DNA from: Eledone cirrhosa
Lineage: Eukaryota
Direction of reading: 5' to 3'
Length of the DNA: 64,000 nucleotides
Assembly (NCBI GenBank): GCA_964016885.1
Contig: OZ024742.1
Span: 105,028,001 to 105,092,000 of the forward strand
Position 1 is the first letter of the stretch. Each line of letters starts with the position of its first letter. Made by a program: the position numbers and the translations under genes. Shown here piece after piece: positions 53,736 to 64,000 of the stretch. Under the pieces are notes generated by a model. The model searched no databases. It had not been told where the DNA came from and saw only the letters and a program-made list of their open reading frames with translations.

Positions 53736-55404
53736 TGAAAAACATTTAAACTGTGACAATCCCACTTTTTATTCAGAGAGACAGTGTATCTAGGACTGCA
53801 TTATACAATATATACACCTCTGTTTTAAGATAGTAGTGTGTAATTTGAGGGTGATTTGACTGCCATTTTTTTGTTATCAAGTCAAGCAAACCAGGTAACA
53901 GCTTTCTCATTGACATCAAACAATGTTTTACAGTATTTTACATTCCTAGTACAAATCTCATCAAAGTCAATTTTATCTTTCATCCTTCATAAAGAACCAG
54001 TTAAGTATTTCCCCTTCCCTTCAACTTGCTGGCCTTGTGCTAAAAGTAGAAACAGTTGTTATTATGGTGGATTGAAGGGAAATGGCAGTGTCAGTAGTAT
54101 TGAATGAAATATTTTGCAGTATCTACGATTTTCTACATTCTGAGTTCAAATTCTGCTGAGGTCAGCTTCGCCTTTCATTCTTCTGGGGTTGATAAAATGA
54201 AGTACTAGTTAAATACTGAAGTTGATATAACTAGCTTTCATTCCCTGAATAGCTAGTCTCGTGCCAATGTTAGAAATAATTATCAATATGGTTGGTCAGC
54301 CATAATGGCCAATAAAGTTTTATAGTAGATTGAATGTTTATTTTCCATTGAGTTTCATTTTGCCTTTCTTCCTACTAAAATAAAATACTAGATTGGATAC
54401 AGATTAAATAATGGGCAGACTGAATAAAAATAGAAACATAGAATATCCTGGGCATGTTGTTCTGTAGGATGGAAGACAGAGGGTGTAGGTTAGCAAGGCT
54501 CCATGTGAGGAATAGACAAGAACAGCCACACAGTTTACCAAGTCCTTTAATATTAATGGAGTTTGAAGGCGAGAAGATTATTTCAGTTCTGTTTCATTAG
54601 AACAGATTATTGCTTCCTCTTATATTTCATTAGAATGGATTAAGCGAAAACCATTTCGAAGTGGATTTTGATGTTTTGTTGCACCGATCTATTGATCTGA
54701 TCCAATAATACCATGTTTATTGATTTCTCTGATTCAAGTGATCATTTCCAATGTTACTTTACCTTCCTATTATCTCATAATCTTTGGCTTCCTCTTCCTT
54801 TTCAGTTTAGAAAAAATCCAATATATGTCAATGTCTGTTTATTTCATTATTTATATGGCAGCAGCAACAGTATCACCATCATCCTCATCAACATCAACAC
54901 CACCATCATTCCCCATTCACATCAACGCCACCACCCTCACCATCACTCATCATCTTCCCCATTGATATCACCATTGACATCATCGACACCACCATCATCA
55001 TCATCCCCATCACTCATCATCATCCACAATTCATCTTCACATTTCCCAGGAGAGAAAATAAATTATTCATCAAAACAAAATATGTTGTTAATTTATAAAG
55101 TTGATTTTGTAATTGTTGGTGGCAGCACTTGTTATTTTATCTGTTTTACAGTTTTCATATTCAAATCTCACTGGAATATTAAGACTAGCATCAATTCTTA
55201 TATTTTCAATGCATTTTTTAAATTCATATTTATTGTTTTTTCATTTGTTCTTTCTTTTCAGGTATTTTATATTCTCATTCCCTTTTATTGTGACCTTTTG
55301 TGATGGAAACATTATTGGGACATGTGAGATACAGGAACCTAAATGACACATATATATGCTAGTGTGGAAGACGAACATTTAACGACGATGATGATATATA
55401 TATA

Positions 55405-55902
55405 TACGAAAGGCCGGTTATATGATGCCTGTGTGTGATGTGCAATGCTACATGGTAGTGATACATGGGCAGCAAGTGCAGAGGATATGCGACGGCTGGA
55501 GAGAAATGAGGTAAGCATGCTCCGTTGGATGTGTAATGTCAATGTGTGTGAACGACCAAGCATAGATGAGTTGAGAGAGAAACTGTGTATAAGAGGGATA
55601 AGTTGTAGTGTGCGGGAGAGAATACTACGATGGTATGGACATGTGATGGGCATGGAGGATGACCGCTGGGTAAAGAATGCCAAGAAATCCCAGTAGAAGG
55701 AAGACACAGTAGAGGAAGACCACGAAAAACATGGGCAGAGGTGGTGAGAGCTGATCTCAGATCGCTGAAGTTCACGGAGCAGATGACGAAGGATTGTGAC
55801 AAGTGGAGTGATGCTGTGCTAAATAGGACCCATCCCACCCTTGCAAGCAGGGAAAAGTGGACGTAAAATGAGGATGATGGTGATGATGATGATGATGATG
55901 AT
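55405..55902 (+). mobile_element. Older RTE LINE 3' fragment with (GAT)n tail
   Basis: KGRLYDAC, MLHGSDTW, RILRWYGHVM, GRPRKTW; stop and frameshift present. Confidence 0.88.
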
Positions 55903-57001
55903 ATATAGAATTTAAAGAAAGTACTGGATTGAGGTCAGGAGAAATAAAATTACTAGATCAACGTAAAATGTAAATATGCTGTAGCCACTCAACCAGCTTG
56001 AAATTATAACCAAATCGTCTTCATATCCTTACTGCCTCCTTGAAAAGAGAAAGGACATATTGGATTATGTGATCCCAGGGATACACTGATGAAGAAAAAT
56101 TGACATTTCTTTCTACCATTTGCACACTTTCCACATTTAATTGACTATAATTTGTTATCATGTAACATTCCACTAGGTATACAAACATTCAATCTGCCCA
56201 CCACTCACAGAAAAAAAATCTGTTGCCAACAGAATCAGCAGATCCCAAAACTTTTTCCACCTCATATTTCAATATGACATATCTTATCGCACCTTAATAA
56301 TTCTACAGAAAATATCTACAAACATGTTTTGTTAATTCAAATGCTTATTATATCTCTATTAGTGGATAAATCATTGTGAAAATGTGTAGTAAACTAAAGT
56401 AAAGATTTAATGTAGTCATAGTTCTCTCTCTTTCATTACTCCTTACACCTGCTGTCATTCATCGATTACTCCATCACTGTCTAGTCAAATCCTTCAATGC
56501 TTTACCCTCCCCATCACTATTTCTCCCTCCATACTCTCACTTTTTTTCCAACTTCTCACTCTTGTTCATCTTCTGTCATTGCTCGCTTATCTATTCACTC
56601 TCTTCAACAGAGATAACATATAGTAAGTGTGGTTTAGTCATGTGGGCTACAAATCTAACCTCACTAGTGCTGGTACCCAGAAAAATGCTCACAAAATGTG
56701 TGGAGGATAGGAGATAAGAGGACTTAGGTCTTGCCAGACATGAAAACCTATCTAATGCTGGTGTTATAATAAAAAGCACCAGGAAAATCTATGAAGTGGT
56801 TGGTGTTAGGAAGGGCACTCAGCCATAAAAGCCGTGCCAAAATTGGAACATGCAAATGAGATATGGTTCTCTAACTGATATTGAAAGACACTAACTCCAA
56901 ATAAGAATTGATTCAAACCATGACAACCAGCCCAATTCATGCCAGCATATAAAGTGGCTAAATGATGATTATATATACACACACACACGCACGCACACAC
57001 A

Positions 57002-57137
<136 letters not shown>

Positions 57138-57721
57138 AATACATAAATACATACAAATATACACATATGTACTGATACAATTTTATGTGTGTAGGTATGA
57201 AATGTATGAAAGCAATCTTCTGTGTGGGAGGAGGGGAGATAATGTTTCTTTTGCACTCACATTCACTGAAGCTCTTCTTTGTAGAGACTTATAAATTCTT
57301 ATTTGCAGCCAGTCAAATAATTGTATTTGTTAACAGGCTTTTGTGTCCAACAATTCTATCCTACTCAACGTTTGGATGTAACATGCTGAGAAAAAAATAA
57401 AGGGGGAAAATATTGATGTGGATTATTGTGATTAAACCACTTATTCCTTTAGCTTGGTCTCTAAACATAACACCATTATCTCTTCTGTTCAGCTCTTATC
57501 TCACAGAAGGGGTCCATAAAGTCAATGTAGTATTTTTAGGTTTTAATAGATATTTTACTATATCCAATAGCTGTAATCATACATTTGTGTTGCATACAAC
57601 TATATTGCTTAATCATATATATATATATATATATATAAAATATTAAACAAATAATGAATAAAACAATGAAACAGTTCCTTATATTAAACAAAAAAAGTTC
57701 ATTATTTAACGATCGTGTCTA

Positions 57722-57760
<39 letters not shown>

Positions 57761-58033
57761 TACACATGAGAGTATACCAAGAGTTTTGAATACAACTTAC
57801 TTAATGACATGACAGCAGGAAAAGAGTACTTTTTAATTTATTTTAATTTCAAACTTTTTTCCCCCTTTCCCAACCGTGTGTGTACATGTATATAAATTTG
57901 CATATAGCATTATGTGCATGTGTGTAAGAGATGGCAACCTGAATAAACCTGCTTTTTCTTTAAAAAAAACTTTTCTGTTTCCACCACTGCTCACTCTCTT
58001 CTATCTTTTTGTTTCTTCTATAATTTCTCACTC

Positions 58034-58072
58034 TATTTTCTGATGAAGGACTAGTGTCCGAAACGTTAAGAC
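58034..58072 (+). ncRNA. Minimal type I hammerhead motif (Penelope-type)
   Basis: TTT-CTGATGA-a-GGACtagtGTCC-GAAACGTTA-AGA with palindromic AACGTT stem III; stem I is weak. Confidence 0.75.
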
Positions 58073-58399
58073 TCTTTTCCTAACATATCAAGCGTAAAAC
58101 TAATATATTTCTTCATTATACGGTCATTTGCTTTGTTATAACTGTTTGCCTTTTACATCTGTGTGTGTGTGTATAATTCCTCTTCCATAACTCATTATCA
58201 TTAAGAATCTACCCCCTTCCAACCATCACCCATATCTATGTGTTCTATGAGACTTACTAGACATCTATCACACTTACCATCACCCAGTTCTGTTGCTATC
58301 AATCACTCACTCTCTCTCACTACAAGTTTATTACTATCCTATCATGCTGCTCATGTTTTCTATACAAGCACCTATCAACTACCAAAATGTAACTATAAC

Positions 58400-61300
58400 T
58401 GTTATGTAAGAATATGATATATATGTATGTCAACTACTGTTATATCACTCAAACTGATATATGTCATATATTGATACATGTTAGATACTAATATACCAGA
58501 TACTGGTTTACATTAATTACAGATTTGTCGTACACTGATATATGTAAGAGACTGGTATATGTCTACACTGTTATATGCCAGACTGTAATTTGCAAGACTG
58601 TTATATGTGAGACTGTAATATGTCAGAAACTGTTATATGTGAGAAACTGTTATATGTCAGAAACTATTATATCTCAGAAACTGTTATGTGTGAGAAACTG
58701 TTATATGTGAGACTGTAATATGTGAGACTGTTATATGTCAGAAACTGTTATATGTGAGAAACTGTTATATGTGAGAAACTGTTATATGTCAGAAACTGTT
58801 ATATGTCAGAAACTGTTATATGTGAGAAACTGTTATATGTGAGACTGTAATATGAGAGACTGTTATATGTCAGAAACTGTTATATGTCAGAAACGGTTAT
58901 ATCTCAGAAACTGTTATATGTGAGAAACTGTTATATGTGAGAAACTGTCATATGTCAGAAACTGTTATATGTCAGAAACTGTTATATGTCAGAAACTGTT
59001 ATATGTGAGAAACTGTTATATGTTAGAAACTGTTATATGTCAGAAACTGTTATATGTGAGACTGTAGTATGTGAGACTGTTATATGTCAGAAACTGTTAT
59101 ATGTCAGAAACTGTTATATGTCTGAAACTGTTATATGTGAGAAACTGTTATATGTCAGAAACTGTTACATGTGAAAAACTGTTATATGTGAGAAACTGTT
59201 ATATGTGCGACTGTAATATGTGAGACTGTCATATGTCAGAAACTGTTATATGTGAGAAACTGTTATATGTCAGAAACTGTTATATGTGAGAAACTGTTAT
59301 ATGTGAGAAACTGTTATATGTCAGAAACTGTTATATGTGAGACTGTAGTATGTGAGACTGTTATATGTCAGAAACTGTTATATGTCAGAAACTGTTATAT
59401 GTGAGAAACTGTTATATGTCAGAAACTGTTATATGTGAGACTGTAGTATGTGAGACTGTTATATGTCAGAAACTGTTATATGTGAGACTGTTGTATGTGA
59501 GACAGTTATATGTCAGAAACTGTTATATGTCAGAAACTGTTATATGTCAGAAACAGTTATATGTGAGAAACTGTTATATGTGAGAAACTGTTATATGTCA
59601 GAAACTGTTATATGTGAGAAACTGTTATATGTGAGAAACTGTTATATGTCAGAAACTGTTATATGTGAGAAACTGTTATATGTCAGAAACTGTTATATGT
59701 GAGAAACTGTTATATGTCAGAAACTGTTATATGTGACACTGTAATATGTGAGACTGTCATATGTCAGAAACTGTTATATGTCAGAAACTGTTATATGTGA
59801 GACTGTTATATGTCAGAAACTGTTATATGTCAGAAACTGTTATATGTCAGAAACTGTTATATGTCAGAAACTGTTATATGTGAGACTGTAATATGTGAGA
59901 CTGTCATATTGCAGAAACTATTATATGTCAGAAACTGTTATATGTCAGAAACTGTTATATGTGAGACTGTAATATGTGAGACTATTATATGTCAGAAACT
60001 GTTATATGTGAGAAACTGTTATATGTCAGAAACTGTTATATGTCAGAAACTGTTATATGTGAGAAACTGTTATATGTGAGAAACTGTTATATGTCAGAAA
60101 CTGCTATATGTCAGAAACTGTTATATGTGAGAAACTGTTATATGTGAGAAACTGTTATATGTGAGACTGTAATATGAGAGATTGTTATATGTCAGAAACT
60201 GTTATATGTCAGAAACGGTTATATCTCAGAAACTGTTATATGTGAGAAACTGTTATATGTGAGAAACTGTCATATGTCAGAAACTGTTATATGTCAGAAA
60301 CTGTTATATGTCAGAAACTGTTATATGTGAGAAACTGTTATATGTTAGAAACTGTTATATGTCAGAAACTGTTATATGTGAGACTGTAGTATGTGAGACT
60401 GTTATATGTCAGAAACTGTTATATGTCAGAAACTGTTATATGTCTGAAACTGTTATATGTGAGAAACTGTTATATGTCAGAAACTGTTACATGTGAAAAA
60501 CTGTTATATGTGAGAAACTGTTATATGTGCGACTTTAATATGTGAGACAGTCATATGTCAGAAACTGTTATATGTGAGAAACTGTTATATGTGAGAAACT
60601 GTTATATGTCAGAAACTGTTATATGTGAGACTGTAGTATGTGAGAGTGTTATATGTCAGAAACTGTTATATGTCAGAAACTGTTATATGTGAGAAACTGT
60701 TATATGTCAGAAACTGTTATATGTGAGACTGTAGTATGTGAGACTGTTATATGTCAGAAACTGTTATATGTGAGACTGTTGTATGTGAGACAGTTATATG
60801 TCAGAAACTGTTATATGTCAGAAACTGTTATATGTCAGAAACTGTTATATGTGAGAAACTGTTATATGTGAGAAACTGTTATATGTGAGACTTTATATGT
60901 CAGAAACTGTTATATCTGAGAAACTGTTATATGTGAGACTGTAATATGTGAGACTGTCATATGTCAGAAACTGTTATATGTGAGAAACTGTTATATGTGA
61001 GAAACTGTTATATGTCAGAAACTGTTATATGTGAGAAACTGTTATATGTCAGAAACTGTTATATGTGAGAAACTGTTATATGTCAGAAACTGTTATATGT
61101 GACACTGTAATATGTGAGACTGTCATATGTCAGAAACTGTTATATGTCAGAAACTGTTATATGTGAGACTGTTATATGTCAGAAACTGTTATATGTCAGA
61201 AACTGTTATATGTCAGAAACTGTTATATGTCAGAAACTGTTATATGTGAGACTGAAATATGTGAGACTGTCATATTGCAGAAACTGTTCTATGTCAGAAA

Positions 61301-64000
61301 CTGTTATATGTCAGAAACTGTTATATGTGAGACTGTAATATGTGAGACTATTATATGTCAGAAACTGTTATATGTGAGAAACTGTTATATGTCAGAAACT
61401 GTTATATGTCAGAAACTGTTATATGTGAGAAACTGTTATATGTGAGAAACTGTTATATGTGAGAAACTGTTATATGTGAGACTGTAATATGAGAGATTGT
61501 TATATGTCAGAAACTGTTATATGTCAGAAACTGTTATATGTCTGAAACTGTTATATGTGAGAAACTGTTATATGTCAGAAACTGTTACATGTGAAAAACT
61601 GTTATATGTGAGAAACTGTTATATGTGCGACTGTAATATGTGAGACTGTCATATGTCAGAAACTGTTATATGTGAGAAACTGTTATATGTCAGAAACTGT
61701 TATATGTGAGAAACTGTTATATGTGAGAAACTGTTATATATCAGAAACTGTTATATGTGAGACTGTAGTATGTGAGACTGTTATATGTCAGAAACTGTTA
61801 TATGTGAGAAACTGTTATATGTCAGAAACTGTTATATGTGAGACTGTAGTATGTGAGACTGTTATATGTCAGAAACTGTTATATGTGAGACTGTTGTATG
61901 TGAGACAGTTATATGTCAGAAACTGTTATTTGTGAGAAACTGTTATATGTCAGAAACTGTTATATGTCAGAAACTGTTATATGTGAGAAACTGTTATATG
62001 TGAGAAACTGTTATATGTGAGACTGTTATATGTCAGAAACTGTTATATCTGAGAAACTGTTATATGTGAGAAATGGTTATATGTGAGAAACTGTTATATG
62101 TGAGACTGTAATATGTGAGACTGTCATATGTCAGAAACTGTTATATGTGAGAAACTGTTATATGTGAGAAACTGTTATATGTCAGAAACTGTTATATGTG
62201 AGAAACTGTTATATGTCAGAAACTGTTATATGTGAGAAACTGTTATATGTCAGAAACTGTTATATGTGACACTGTAATATGTGAGACTGTCATATGTCAG
62301 AAACTGTTATATGTCAGAAACTGTTATATGTGAGACTGTTATATGTCAGAAACTGTTATATGTCAGAAACTGTTATATGTCAGAAACTGTTATATATCAG
62401 AAACTGTTATATGTCAGAAACTGTTATATGTCAGAAACTGTTATATGTGAGACTGTAATATGTGAGACTGTAATATTGCAGAAACTGTTATATGTCAGAA
62501 ACTGTTATATGTCAGAAACTGTTATATGTGAGACTGTAATATGTGAGACTATTATATGTCAGAAACTGTTATATGTGAGAAACTGTTATATGTCAGAAAC
62601 TGTTATATGTCAGAAACTGTTATATGTGAGAAACTGTTATATGTGAGAAACTGTTATATGTCAGAAACTGCTATATGTCAGAAACTGTTATATGTCAGAA
62701 ACTGTTATATGTGAGAAACTGTTATATGTGAGACTATAATATGAGAGATTGTTATATGTCAGAAACTGTTATATGTCAGAAACGGTTATATCTCAGAAAC
62801 TGTTATATGTGAGAAACTGTTATATGTGAGAAACTGTCATATGTCAGATACTGTTATATGTCAGAAACTGTTATATGTCAGAAACTGTTATATGTGAGAA
62901 ACTGTTATATGTCAGAAACTGTTATATGTGAGACTGTAGTATGTGAGACTGTTATATGTCAGAAACTGTTATATGTCAGAAACTGTTATATGTCTGAAAC
63001 TGTTATATGTGAGAAACTGTTATATGTCAGAAACTGTTATATGTGAGAAACTGTTATATGTGAGAAACTGTTATATGTGCGACTGTAATATGTGAGACTG
63101 TCATATGTCAGAAACTGTTATATGTGAGAAACTGTTATATGTCAGAAACTGTTATATGTCAGAAACTGTTATATGTGAGAAACTGTTATATGTGAGAAAC
63201 TGTTATATGTCAGAAACTGTGATATGTGAGACTGTAGTATGTGAGACTGTTATATGTCAGAAACTGTTATATGTCAGAAACTGTTATATGTGAGACTGTA
63301 GTATGTGAGACTGTTATATGTCAGAAACTGTTATATGTGAGACTGTTGTATGTGAGACAGTTATATGTCAGAAATTGTTATTTGTGAGAAACTGTTATAT
63401 GTCAGAAACTGTTATTTGTGAGAAACTGTTATATGTCAGAAACTGTTATATGTCAGAAACTGTTATATGTGAGAAACTGTTATATGTGAGAAACTGTTAT
63501 ATGTGAGACTGTTATATGTCAGAAACTGTTATATCTGAGAAACTGTTATATGTCAGAAACTGTTATATGTGAGAAACTGTTATATGTGAGACTGTAATAT
63601 GTGAGACTGTCATATGTCAGAAACTGTTATATGTGAGAAACTGTTATATGTGAGAAACTGTTCTATGTCAGAAACTGTTATATGTCAGAAACTGTTATAT
63701 GTCAGAAACTGTTATATGTGAGAAACTGTTATATGTCAGAAACTGTTATATGTGACACTGTAATCTGTGAGACTGTCATATGTCAGAAACTGTTATATGT
63801 CAGAAACTGTTATATGTGAGACTGTTATATGTCAGAAACTGTTATATGTGAGAAACTGTTATATGTGAGAAACTGTTATATGTGAGAAACTGTTATATGT
63901 CAGAAACTGTTATATGTCAGAAACTGTTATATGTGAGAAACTGTTATATGTGTGACTGTAATATGAGAGACTTTCATATGTCAGAAACTGTTATATGTCA
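58400..64000. repeat. Satellite of 16-bp and 14-bp monomers with higher-order repeats
   Basis: GAAACTGTTATATGT(C/G)A-type and shorter GACTGT(T/A)ATATGTGA-type units run to the window end; edge degenerate from ~58400 to 58600. Confidence 0.97.

Noticed and set aside
58525-63506. Cys-rich repetitive ORFs (MSETVICQKLLYVRNCY) resembling zinc-finger or metallothionein proteins
   Set aside because: They are translations of a 14/16-bp satellite with frequent stops; the monomer length is not a multiple of 3.
58400-64000. CRISPR-like regular repeats
   Set aside because: No unique spacers and no cas genes; eukaryotic tandem satellite.

Overview
This is repeat-saturated, AT-rich eukaryotic (animal) DNA. 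The mix of RTE LINEs with (GAT)n tails, tRNA-derived SINEs and dense (TA)n/(CA)n/(GA)n tracts suggests an octopus or other coleoid cephalopod; that assignment is inference. No intact host gene is recognisable, and almost all ORFs in the track are microsatellite artefacts or transposon remnants. Recognisable elements are several RTE-clade LINE fragments (one lineage has a C4HC3 PHD-type finger inside the RT), a 5'-truncated Tx1/L1-clade LINE, CR1 3' ends, a Helitron with PIF1 helicase remnants, mariner, Tc1 and hAT relics and MITEs, SINE clusters, a ~29-bp minisatellite and a terminal 14/16-bp satellite with higher-order structure. The most notable signal is a set of short non-coding elements of several sequence families sitting in (TA)n tracts. 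They carry type I hammerhead ribozyme motifs (CTGANGA...GAAA...NUH), most share a 3' TATTGAGTAC-like motif, and most have a fold-back (inverted) 5' duplication. One is a 511-bp tandem dimer with palindromic stem III, and one family has a CAGAAGA core variant. They look like Penelope-like pseudo-LTR or retrozyme-type mobile ribozymes. All structures were read by eye and none has been tested.
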